Source of the DNA: Octopus sinensis
Taxonomy: Eukaryota
Length of the DNA stretch: 64,000 nt
Reading direction: 5' to 3'
Assembly (NCBI RefSeq): GCF_006345805.1
Contig: NC_042998.1
Location: 78,616,001 to 78,680,000, forward strand
Shown here: positions 52,430 to 64,000 of the stretch, one piece after another
Numbering within the stretch: the first letter of the stretch is position 1
How the letters are laid out: each line of letters starts with the position of its first letter
The notes under the pieces: generated by a model
What the model was told of the DNA's origin: nothing
Databases searched by the model: none
What the model saw: only the letters and a program-made list of their open reading frames with translations
Made by a program: the position numbers and the translations under genes

Positions 52430-53180
52430 AAATATTTGTCCATCCATCCACCCATTTATTCAGCTATCATCCATTCATCCAGTCACCCATTCATCCACCC
52501 TTTCATCCATCTATTCATTCATCCATTCATTTTCCTTTTCATTCATTCATTCATCCATTCATTCATTATTGTAGCATTCTTCCATTATTGTGACTGTGTG
52601 ATCATATTTCACTTTCAAGTTTTCTTCCATGCATCCCCTCTCTCTCATATCCTTCCATCCATCCGGTCCCTCCCTCTCATCCTTCCATCCCTCATATCCT
52701 TCCATCCATTCCCTCCCTCTCATCCTTCTGTCCATTCCCGCTCTCTCATCCTTCCATCCTTTCTCACTCTTCTATCCTTCCATCCATTCCTTTCCTTCCT
52801 TCCTTCCTTCCTTCCTTCCTTCCTTCCTTCCCTCCTTCCTTCCTTCCTTCCTTCCTTCCTCCTTCCTTCCTTCCTTCATTCCTTCCTTCCTTCCTTCCTT
52901 CCTTCCTTCCTCCTTCCTTCCTTCCTTCCTTCCTTCCCTCCTCCTTCCTTCCTTCTTCCTTCCTTCCTTCCTTCCTTCCTTTCCTTCTTCCTTCCTTCCT
53001 TCCTCCTTCCTTCCTTCCTTCCTTCCTTCCTTCATTCCTTCCTTCCTTCCTTCCTTCCTTCCTTCCTTCCTTCCTTCCTTCCTTCCTTCCTTCCTTCTTC
53101 CTTCCTTCTTCCTTCCTTCCTTCCTTCCTTCCTTCTTCCTTCCTTCCTTCCTTCCTTCCTTCCTTCCTTCCTTCCTTTCC
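52430..53180. repeat. (CATT/CATC) to (CCTT)n polypyrimidine tract
   Basis: Degenerate CATC/CCAT repeats grade into ~390 bp of nearly pure (CCTT)n from ~52789. Confidence 0.97.
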
Positions 53181-54305
53181 TTCTGTTCCTTGTTTCTTTC
53201 CATTCCTTCATGTTTATCTCGTTTGATCCTTCCAATCTCTACAGCTACTTCTATCCATTTCTCCCTCTGTCACTACCCACCATCTCCTTCACTGACTTCC
53301 ATCTTGTCTGACCCATCTACCTTCATCTTGCTCTTACCCTTCATTGCATGCCTGCATGCATGTCTCCTCTCCACTCCATTCCACTTACCTCCACTCCACT
53401 CCCCATTAGCTGTTTCTCCATCAGTATTGGATCCATCCTCTCAAACCACCATCCTAACCTCCTTCTCTTGTTTTTTCCTAGTGCTGTGCCTATGTAGCGT
53501 CACCCACCTCATTTTTTTTTTTTTTTGTTTGGCTTCTCTCTTATTGCCACTACTCTCTCTCTAACTTAATAAACCTCCCAAGCTATTGCTATAATCCACC
53601 AACCCATCCACTCTAGTTTTCCAACTCCCCGCACCAACTTGATCCCCATCTACCCTTACAACCATTGCATACCCACCTTCGCTCATCACCTGATCCACAA
53701 AAATCTATCCCATTACCATCCACATACTACTACTGTTGTTACTGTAGCTCTTCCTCCTCTCCTCCTCCTACTACTACCACCACCACTACCACCACACTCT
53801 ATATTACCAGCACTACCAACAGCAAAAAGCATTTCACCCCAATTCCATCTCTTCTACAACAGCTACCATAGATTCTGTGTCACCCATCACCACCACCATC
53901 ACCACCACCACTACTAAAAATTACAAGGGTTAAGTTACCAAGGTTTGTTGTAACAGGAGTCCAGAGGAGATTTCTTTACTGGTTTAATTTTTTTTTTCTT
54001 TCTATTATTTGTTAACTCTTTTCTGTATATATTTAGATGGGGTGGTGGTTAGGTGGCAGGGTACTGACATCTTTTGGAAATGTAGGAAGGATGGGTGTTT
54101 TGCAACTACTATTTCCTCTTCCTACTTCTCTTTACATCACTGTGTGTCATCAAATGCCATTTATTATTAGAAGACAGGCTCTTCTATGAAGGAGGGTTCC
54201 AGAAGAACCCTACCAAACTGTCAGTCAACCTGTCCACCGAGCAGGGTTTTCTGTCTTTCATAGATGTCATAAATATTTATATTTATCTCGTTATCTTTCC
54301 ACATA

Positions 54306-54354
<49 letters not shown>

Positions 54355-55257
54355 TGTGTGTGTGTGTGTGTTGTGTGCATGTGCATTTGTGTATGTGTAT
54401 GCATGTGTGTGTACACAGATATGATCTTTTTGTTTTTTGGCTTTTTTTTTTGAGACTTATTGTTTGCAGAACTGAAGCCAGTCACTAACAAAGTGACAAA
54501 CATTTTTTTGTATGTGTCAAGATAGTTATGAGAATCAATTTTTTTTGTAAAATATGTGAGGGTGTTAGTGTGAACATATATTTAGTTGCAAGTGTCAATA
54601 TACTTGCACTCGTGTAACAGATGTATAAATATATATATATACATATATCTTTGGTATATGAATGTCAGCAATTACTTTTTATGACTTGAATGTATGCCAT
54701 GTGTGTATGTGTGACTCTGAAAAGAGTATCTTTGATATGTTTTGCAAGTTTTCATTGTACCACTCATCATTTGCTTTGCTCTTTCATGGAAAACCTCAGC
54801 ATTTTTGGCTTTTATGCAAAAATGTGACCATGGCTCAGTACACTAATGCATCATGTTCTTGGGTTGCTGCTGATAATGTGGATAACATCTTTCACATTGG
54901 AATAGGCTATTGTCATTTTCTATTACAACACAGAGATTTGGAGGTATAATTTCTTTTATCGAGCAAGTATTTAGTATGTTTCTTTTTCATGAATAGTGAA
55001 AGACATATTTTCCCATATGGGATATGATGTATCTATCATTCAATGAAGAGAACTACTCTTTCTAGTAATGTTGTTTGTATCTTCTGGTTTTACTGATATG
55101 GTTTCACTTTTCAAGTTCCTTTATTAGTAGGTTTGTTTAGCTAATAGGTGGAACAACAGTGAGGCATAGTAACTCTAGTAACCATTGTAAGGTCAGAGTA
55201 AAATATCTTCTGTAGCTCTTTTCATCATACTGCATTGAGACTATGTTGTCTACTTAC

Positions 55258-55354
55258 ATTCCAGATTCCAACTCCAGATCACTCCAGGGAAGTTCATTTA
55301 AAATTTTGATTGGTATGACTTTCATATCAAATTCTCCCTCATTTTCAAAATTGA
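55258..55354 (-). CDS. Candidate 97-nt internal exon, unknown protein ((V)NFENEGEFDMKVIPIKILNELPWSDLELESG)
   Basis: Acceptor CTGTCTGTGTTTCAG, consensus donor GTAAGT, exactly one frame open across the exon. Best exon candidate in the window; family not recognised. Confidence 0.45.
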
Positions 55355-56383
55355 CTGAAACACAGACAGTTTAATTCAACAAAAGAATTACCATTTGTAG
55401 TGTATGTTGAAGAGCAATTCATTTACTTTGTGAATGTCTCTGGTCAGTAGTCTCTATGGATTTTGGATACTTTGTATCATGACTTTGTTATTTACTTCAC
55501 TTTGCATTTAATGTAAGTAAGTATTCAGTAATCCAATGTTTTTCCATAATCAGTTAATGTTCTCTTCTGGAGAGGTAAATCTATTTTGGTTGTATATTAT
55601 AATTTAAATTGAGCTTTTTGTTTGCTTCACACATTCCTATATTACATGGAAAAATGTGAGCAAGAGAAATAATATTCTTAAGATTATAAATCTGGAAAAG
55701 TACAGGACAAGTTATTACACTTGGAAAAGTTCAGTTATTACATCTGGGAAAGTAAAGAACAAGAAAATTTTTATTTAAAATATTGCAGCTAAGGATGAAA
55801 TTTCAAATAAAATATTTAGATTTAGAAAATATTAGCTTTTATTAAAACTAAAAATTTTATTACATTTCTATCTGTTATTATATGTTACGTCTATTAAAAA
55901 TTAAAAATAACCCAAAATTATTTTTGCACTTTAAAAAGATTCATTTTTTAAAATTATTAATTAATAATTAGAAATTTGAATGTATGTTATAATATTAGTA
56001 GTAGTACATAAATAGAATAACACAAAAATTACCTATAACAACAAATTCATAGTAAAATTTACTTGAGTTACTGCCTAAGTTATTACCAAGTCTTCACATT
56101 TTCACCCAATGCCTATTTTTTACATAATAAATTTGCCTACCATATATACTATTCTACTTCACATAAAACTTTAGCTATATTGATACTTCTGGCTCTCATT
56201 TTTTAAGTATTCTAGTGTATCAATATTTTAACGAAAAGATGGTACTTCTTTTAATTATAATGTTACTTTGTAAATTAAAATCAAATAATTTTGAATATTC
56301 AAATTTTATCCTTCGTTGCAATATTTTAAGTAAAATTTTCTTGTTCTGTATTTTATCATATGTCATAACTTTTATTATATGTA

Positions 56384-56420
<37 letters not shown>

Positions 56421-56421
<1 letters not shown>

Positions 56422-57410
56422 GGCCTGTACAGCTCTTATTGACCACTTGTCAATCTCTAGTTTCTGCATCACCCACCAGATAAGGGATCAGGGGACCATG
56501 TCAAAAGCATTCTCCAAGTCAACAAAAGCCAAGTATAGGAGTTTATCTTTGGCTAGGTATTTCTCCTTCAGTTGCAGTACCAGGAATATAGCATCAGTGG
56601 TGCTTCTACCTGGCACAAAACCAAACTGCATCTCAGCTAAGCAGACTCCCTCCCTAGTTAGGCTATGACCCTTACTGTGACCTTCATCACTTGATCCAGC
56701 AGTTTGATACCCCTGTAGTTATTTCTATCTAAAGCATCACCTTTACCTTTGTAGCAGTTGACTATGGTGCTGCTACGCCAGTCATTGGGTATGACTCCTT
56801 CGTGAACCACCTGGTTTACAATATGGATGACTAGGTCATAACCCACACCACCACATAGTTTAAGCATCTCAGCAGTGATTTCTGATGGGCCAGGGGCTTT
56901 TCTTAACTTCATATTCTTAATTGCTTTATCTGCCAGGGTGCTATCTATCCGGGTAGCTGGTCCCTCTATTGGGTCAACATTTGGCAGTCTCTCCTCTTAC
57001 CATTCATTCTCTACATTCAGCAGCCTTTCATAATGGCTTCTCCAAGCTTCTTTTTTTGCAAAATCATTAAAAGCAAGTGCACCATCATCCATGCAGACAC
57101 GTTTCTCTCTTGTGACATCACAATTTTCTCTTGCACACAGTCTTGCAATCCGAAATACTTCAGTTCTTTGGTCCTAATGTGGCTGAACATTAGCAAACTT
57201 CTTCTTTTCTGCTTTTCCCTTGGCTATGTATACCTGTTGCCTAGCCTCTCTTCTGGCTATCTGGTACAGTTACTTGTTACTCCGACTCTTCTAGGCTTTC
57301 CAGGCCTGTTTTTTTGCTCTAATGGTATTGTCTACTATATTATTCCACCGCCATGTTACTCTAGGTCTGGAAGGGACTTTTCACCAGCCGCCGATTTGGT
57401 CTGTGACACT
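56421..57410 (-). mobile_element. RTE-clade LINE linker/RT fragment (pseudogenised)
   Basis: KAPGPSEITAEMLK...IPNDWRSSTIVNCYKGKGDALDRNNYRGIKLLDQVMKV, continuing to FGFVPG and AFD motifs; same family as 26248-27880. Confidence 0.95.
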
Positions 57411-57531
57411 CAGAAAGCTGTCCCGTAGGACAGACTGGGCCTGGTGCAGCCTTCTGGCTTCCCAGACCCCAGTTGAACCATCCAACCCATGCTAGCATGG
57501 AAAGCGGATGCTAAACGATGATGATGATGAT
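57411..57531 (+). mobile_element. RTE 3' terminus, plus orientation
   Basis: CCAACCCATGCTAGCATGGAAAGCGGATGCTAAACGATGATGATGATGA. Confidence 0.85.
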
Positions 57532-58655
57532 ATATGTATGTGTGTATATATATATTATATATATGTATGTGTATATATATATGTATGTGTATATATATAT
57601 ATATGTATGTGTATATATATATATAATATGTATGTGTATATATATATATGTATGTGTATATATATATATATATATATATGTGTATATATATATATATATG
57701 TATGTGTATATATATATATATATATGTATGTGTATATATATATATATATGTATGTGTATATATATATATATATATATGTATGTGTATATATATATATATA
57801 TGTATGTGTATATATATATATATATGTATGTATGTGTATATATATATATATATGTATGTGTATATATATATATATATGTATGTGTATATATATATATATA
57901 TGTATGTGTATATATATATATATATATGTATGTGTATATATATATATGTATGTGTATATATATATATGTATGTGTATAATATATATATATGTGTATATAT
58001 ATATATATATATATGTGTATATATAATATATATATATATATATGTGTATATATATATATATATGTGTATATATATATATATATGTATGTGTATATATATA
58101 TATATATGTATGTGTATATATATATATATGTATGTGTATATATATATATGTATGTGTATATATATATATGTTGTGTATATGTGTATATATATATATGTAT
58201 GTGTATATGTGTATATATAATATGTATGTGTATAATATATATATATATGTGGTATATATATATATATGTATTGTATATATATATATATATATATATTGTG
58301 TGTATATATATATATATTATGTGTGTGTATATATATTATATATATGTGTGTATATATATATATATATGTGTGTATATATATATATATATGTATGTATATA
58401 TATATATATATGTATGTGTATATATATATATATGTATGTGGTATATATATATATTATGTATGTGTATATATATATATATATGTATGTGTATATATATATA
58501 TATGTATGTGTATATATATATATATATGTATGTGTATATATATATATATATGTATGTGTATATATATATATATATGTATGTGTATATATATATATATATG
58601 TATGTGTATATACATATATATATATATATACACACATATATACACATATATACAC
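57532..58655. repeat. Compound GTATGTGT(AT)n microsatellite, ~1.1 kb
   Basis: Directly visible. Confidence 0.98.
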
Positions 58656-58914
58656 AAGCAGCAAGTATAGATGGGCTGGACACGTCGCCTGGCTCACCGA
58701 TAATCGGTGGACGCAAGCAGTTGTCAAGTGGTACTCGCACGAGTGGAAAAGACCACCCAGAAGACCTCCACGATGGTGGAGTTACGATTTCAGGAGGATG
58801 ATTGGGATCACATGGATGAGAAAGGCGCGATCCAGAGAGGAGTGGACAGCATGCTGTGACCAGCGGTGTCAAATGGACGCCTGACGGACTGGTCGGTCAA
58901 GGTGATCAAGATGA
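58656..58914 (+). mobile_element. 5'-truncated copy of a second, distinct RTE-type LINE (intact C-terminal frame)
   Basis: [62 protein letters not shown]...*, the RTE W.GHV.R..D.RW...RP.RW C-terminus; CpGs retained; very short 3'UTR. Confidence 0.9.
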
Positions 58915-58943
58915 TATATATATACATATATGTGTGTGTATGC

Positions 58944-58988
<45 letters not shown>

Positions 58989-60295
58989 TAGATAGATAGA
59001 TATAGATATGTGCTTGTGTACATGTTCACATGTTACATCAACATTTGATGTCCTTTGGATGGCGTGACAGGAACTGGCAGGGCCAGGGACTGCACCAGGT
59101 TCCATAGTCTGTTTTGATTTGGTTTCTATTACTGCATATTTCTACACATACATACATACTATTTCACTTACATAGACACACAAAATCGCAAGTGCATGTG
59201 CTAATACTAATACATATGCACATTGCATATACATGCACATAATATAACTAATATTTGCATGCGTTTATAATCCTAAATGTGTCCATGCTGAAATAAACTT
59301 TTTGGTGTGAGAGTATTTGATGTGGTATCGGTGTAGTATGTTGTATAGGTAATTGATATGATAGTGGTGGCTATAGTATAATTTTCATCAAGATGATGTT
59401 AGCTATGTAATAGTAGTAGGTTTGGTAGACTAATATCTTATGATAGTTGTTTTGCTTCTTGTGATCCAAGTGGATGAAAGCTTGCATCCACTTGATGGTT
59501 TTATCAAGTAACAAGAATCTCCCTTCCTAAGTCCCATTTTTTAACTTGGGGCCTAAAGTATTAAAGATTTTAAGCCTCTGCTTCCAGTGCTTTCAGAAGT
59601 TAGGATTTTTTTTCTTCTTTTAATTGAACGTCTAGCAACTGTAATTTGTAAGTCAGGCAAGTTCTAATCATAAAGAAACATTTGTACAGGCTTTATTGCC
59701 AGCAGTTAAAACCAATATAGTATAAATTAGGAAAATATACAAAATAAAACATTTTTTTTTATCATGAAAACTGCTACCAGATTTGTTGGTGGAGCTGCTG
59801 TCTGGTAGCCATTGGTATGCTCTAAATTCCATTTCTCCAATCACTTAAAACATATGAATTGTTTCACTTGCACATACATATATCTTGCATAATGCAAGTA
59901 GACCAACTCTGTCACAGACAGATTTTTATAACATTCATCTCCCTTGTATTTTGCCAGTGTAACTTAATATTAATGTAACTTATCCTATCTGCCCAACATT
60001 AAGGTTAAATTCCACTCAGATGTTGTAGTATGCTTTTCTCTGATTTGTAGTTAGTATACTGATATGAATCTATTTAATTATACCTTCATGATTTGAGTGA
60101 AAACATCTTTCAGATATTATATATAACGAAAGCCGCTTATAAATGTTGTGTAAATAAATGTAGCTTACTCACAGATTATTAACAGAATAGACATAGTATT
60201 TTAAGCATAGTTTGTGTGAAAATTCCAACTTTATAGCCTCTCTGCTGCTGCTCAACCTGTTAGAAATAGCATCTACATCTCTTTTGAATTGTATT

Positions 60296-60511
60296 GCCTT
60301 AGCGTTCAGATTCTTTTATGAAATGTTATGCTTATTCATTCATATTGTTTTAAATTAATTAAGCATTATCTTATAGCTTTAAGATTTTGATGATGTAATT
60401 GTTTATTTTTAGAATGACATTGTAAGGTTGGTGTGATAAGCTAGATCTGGCTGTTTAGTGCATTAAACAAGAATAATTAGGTCAGATATGGCCAGTTTAA
60501 ATGCTAAAGGG
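60296..60511. mobile_element. Second, more decayed copy of the piggyBac-like MITE
   Basis: Colinear with 2038-2251; right end AAATGCTAAAGGG retained. Confidence 0.7.
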
Positions 60512-61140
60512 TAAAAAAAAAGAACACTTTCTTTACTGTGTTTTTAACATAGAAGTGACAGGATGGTCATGGATAGAATGTCTTTCATTATGGATTTATT
60601 TGATGAGGAATGATTTGATGAGTGAAATATCTGTTTTGCTGGTATGCAAAGCAAGAGTTATTTCAAGTAAAAGCAAAGGTTTTGAATGAGCTGTTAGCTG
60701 TCAATCCCATCCCACCTCGTATCTGAAAGAAATATTCTACTTTATATTAACCCTAAAATATTTAACATTGGAAATTTTACTCTAAATTTTTGATGAATTT
60801 TTCAACATATTTTACCCTATATCACCTATTGCATTTTGATTTTCAAATTTTGTATAAGCCATTTTCTCACTCGGTATATATTTTGTTGTAATATTGATTG
60901 ATAACTTAATGAAGAAGCAAAATTTCAAAAATACGCAGAAGTCCCCCTGTTGATTTCACTTTTGTAATTTGCTTAGGACTTCCTTGCTTTCAGTGGTTTT
61001 TGTGATGCTAGAAGGAATCCCCAAGCTAGCAAACTGGAACAAAAATCAGAAACATTCAAATGTTGGATGGTGGAAATTATAGCAATCTACAGTCATTTGG
61101 AGAGATGAGTTAGCCATGTATTATTTGGTTGGAATTCATC

Positions 61141-61610
61141 ATCATCATTTAATGTCCATCTTCCATTTTGGCATGGGTTGGACAGTTTGATCGGTGCTGG
61201 TAAGCCAGAGGACTGTGCCAAGCTCCAGTGTCTGCTTTGATATGGTTTTTATGGCTGGATGCCTTTCCTAATGCCAACTGCTTTACAGAGCGGACTGGGT
61301 ACATTTTACATGGCACCAGTGACAGTGAGGTCACCAAGTAACTTGCAAAACAAAGGTCCCTCAACTGAGAGGGGAGTGATATTGAAGGAGGTAGTTTTGT
61401 ACCAGGTGATGAAAGATCAGAGTACGACAGAAGGATAGAAACATGTATCTTGCTGTAGAAAAGATGCATGATTACCCCAGTGGGAGGGAGAGAGTGAGCA
61501 AGAGTATGAGAGAGATGGTACTGATGTACCAGGACATACTCTGAAAGTGCAAGGAGGTGAATATAAATGGAATGGTAGAAGATTGACCAGGGTGCATGAG
61601 CAAGGATTTC
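61141..61610 (-). mobile_element. RTE 3'UTR fragment
   Basis: CATCATTTAATGTCCATCTTCCA...GGCTGGATGCCTTTCCTAATGCCAAC, the reverse complement of the RTE tail. Confidence 0.75.
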
Positions 61611-62812
61611 ACGAAAATGCAGAGGGGGAGAGGAGAGGGCATGCGATTGGTTTTTTAAGAAGCACAAAACCAATGCTACTACAATGAATAGAAACCATAT
61701 TGTATTAAAATAGAAAAAGAATAGTTGACTGGATATAATATAACAGAGCGAAGGTCTTGAATTCAAGCCTGCTGCAAGTAACCACAGTTCACTTAGCTGT
61801 TAGGAATAACTGTGAGATTTAGATTTTATGAAATATGTTGCCAACAGTAGCCTAGCATTCTGTCCTGGGGGCATTTTAACTTTCATTAGATTAATGATAA
61901 GGAAACCAAAATTGAAGTTGTCATTTTGAATATTGTGATTTCAAAAGAATTTATTTCTTTATATTTTTGAAAACCAATAATGCTTTGCTTATATTTGTTA
62001 ACAAACACAACTTGTTTGTTTGGTACACTGGACCTATGGCTATTGATGTTGTTTAGTCCCATATCAACCCTCACTGGACAAATGTGTGATCAAATGTATT
62101 CCAGATCTAAGCAATCTGTATTTCTGTGCTCTTTTAAATGAAAGACAATGGATAATGTAATCAAAGATACACTATGTTTAAGAGATGTGATATGAGGGAA
62201 ATTTAAGTGCTATTTCCAATGAGGCAAGCAGCCACTTTTATCCCTCTTGGGTCGATAAAACTATTATTTGTTATGTACTGAAGTCAATTCAGATGATGCG
62301 ATCTCTGTTGCAAATTTATGGCCCTGTGTTGAAGCTAAAAATCATATTATATGCAATAGTAAAAATCTATGTTTTATACTCAAAATTATTATATTTTCTA
62401 TTTTATCTAATATTTTGTCGAATTTATTTTTCTGCCCATATTATATATTTTTAATCTAATTTATTTTTTCAACTCAAACTTGGAGGAAAGAAAAAAGACT
62501 ATGTAATATAATTGATTGCTTGAAGCCATCTTCCATCATAATTCTTATCTAATCTTGTTATAAATTTTGTATTTCCTTCGAGATTTTCAAAAGAATAATA
62601 TTTATATGTGTGTGTGCATGTATAGGTATATATATATGTGGTTATGTATATGCTTTTCTTTAAGATTTATTCAAGTTCTCAGAATTCAAGCTGGCTGCTA
62701 ACAAATTGACGATTGCTTTTCTTTTGTTTGAGATAGTTTCAGGGATTGTGAATATATGAGTAGTTTGTGCATACATATATATAGATGAATATTGGATATA
62801 TATATAATATAA

Positions 62813-63139
62813 TAATAATGACCCCCTTCGGTCAGGCACTGACCATGGGTTTGCACCTAGAGAGATACCCTCTGAGGCACAAGCCTGGGCAAGGTTGTTT
62901 TTTATGGAAGACCAGCAGTCGCCCATGCATACCGGCCTCCCCTCTCCACGTAACCGATGTTGTCCAAGGGAAAGGCAAGGGCCGATACAGCTTGGCACCT
63001 GTGACGTCGCAACTCATTTCTACAGCTGAGTGAACTGGAGCAACGTGAAATAAAGTGCCTTGCTCAAGAACACAACACGCAGCCCCGTCCGGGATTCGAG
63101 CTCACAACCTCACGATCGTAAGCTCGACGCTCTAACCAC
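62813..63139 (-). mobile_element. CORE-type SINE, family D, with (TTA)n tail
   Basis: Minus strand: GTGGTTAGAGCG...GCTCGAATCCC head, GTTCTTGAGCAAGGCACTTTATTTCACGTTGCTCCAGTTCACTCAGCTG CORE-like domain, ends CATTATTATTAT; CpGs retained. Confidence 0.85.
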
Positions 63140-64000
63140 ATATATATATGGATACATGCATGCATTATGCCTTCATATGTTGAGTGGGCTTATCTCTTTC
63201 TCTTTGTGCATATACCATATATTGCGTGTATATGTTCATTTCAGTAAACTCAAAGGGAGAATCCATGGAAAGTTTTCCAAATCTTCACTACACCACTAAT
63301 TGATTGGATTTGAAAGATGAAAGTTAGTTCGCTTTGTGTTTTCTTGGAAAATCCCTGCATATCTAGATTTTTATGCAAATCTGTTGTTACATAGTTTACC
63401 ATAGATGTACTTTTTTTCTACACCTTTATGTAAGACATTCCCATTTGTGAGTGATTGACCTCTGTAATGTCATCCTTTTCCTTGTATATTTTTTTTTCCA
63501 GTTTTGGTGATTCTTTAGTCTTGCCAGTTACAAGTTGACATCAGTAGTGCTGGTACCTCATTAGTGCAGATACAATGAAAGTAATCCCTCACGCTACCTT
63601 GTAAAGTGGTTGGTATTAGGAAGTGCATCCAGTCATAGAAACCATGCCAAAACTAAGACATTGGAGCTAGACACAGTTCACCAGCTGTACAACACACATC
63701 AACACACATCAACACATATCAACTGATATAAAATGAGATAATGATGATGTGTATATATATAAATATATATATATAAATTTACTCACACACACACTCACTC
63801 ACTCATGCATACCCAAACCATGCCTGCATGAAACATGATGGTGGTATATAACCTAAATTTAATGTCCACTTTTCCATGTTTGCATGGGCCAGACAGAATT
63901 TGTTGAGGTAGATACCCTTCCTATCACCAACCCTCACCGGTTTCTAAGCAAAATATTTCCTCATAGATTGACATTTTTCCATAGGAGACAGGAAATGAAC

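Noticed and set aside
52436-53564. 291-311 aa LPSF / EGRK repeat ORFs
   Set aside because: Translations of (CCTT)n.
59467-59494. CAAGTGGATG/CATCCACTTG hairpin as a pre-miRNA
   Set aside because: Stem of only about 10-12 bp; does not extend to pre-miRNA length.

Overview
AT-rich, repeat-dense eukaryotic nuclear DNA. The SINE, RTE, CR1 and MITE complement plus very long TA/TG microsatellites look like a coleoid cephalopod (Octopus-like) genome; this taxon call is inference from repeat motifs, not a database result. No intact protein-coding gene, rRNA, intact tRNA or CRISPR array can be supported. Almost every ORF in the supplied track is a microsatellite or tandem-repeat artefact. Recognisable coding remnants are all non-LTR retrotransposon pieces: RTE-clade EN/RT at 26.2-27.9 kb and 56.4-57.4 kb, RTE C-termini at 11.7 kb and 58.7 kb, and a CR1-like 3' end at 22.5-23.0 kb. 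At least four tRNA-headed SINE families are present, several with exact target-site duplications (TSDs), plus three MITE types (TTAA/piggyBac-like, hAT-like, and a GG-ended element with an 8-bp TSD). The window has visible architecture: CpG-poor flanks surround a CpG-rich domain (~16.7-25.3 kb). That domain holds a composite AP-1/CLEAR/UPRE motif, CCAAT+YY1 and GT-box motifs, and candidate first exons. Several short splice-flanked open frames may be exons of unidentified host genes, but their strand and identity cannot be fixed by eye. I did not find a demonstrably new biological system. The best leads are the candidate divergent promoter core, the SINE-LINE tail partnerships, an RTE-3'UTR-derived nascent satellite and a possible twin-primed RTE inversion.
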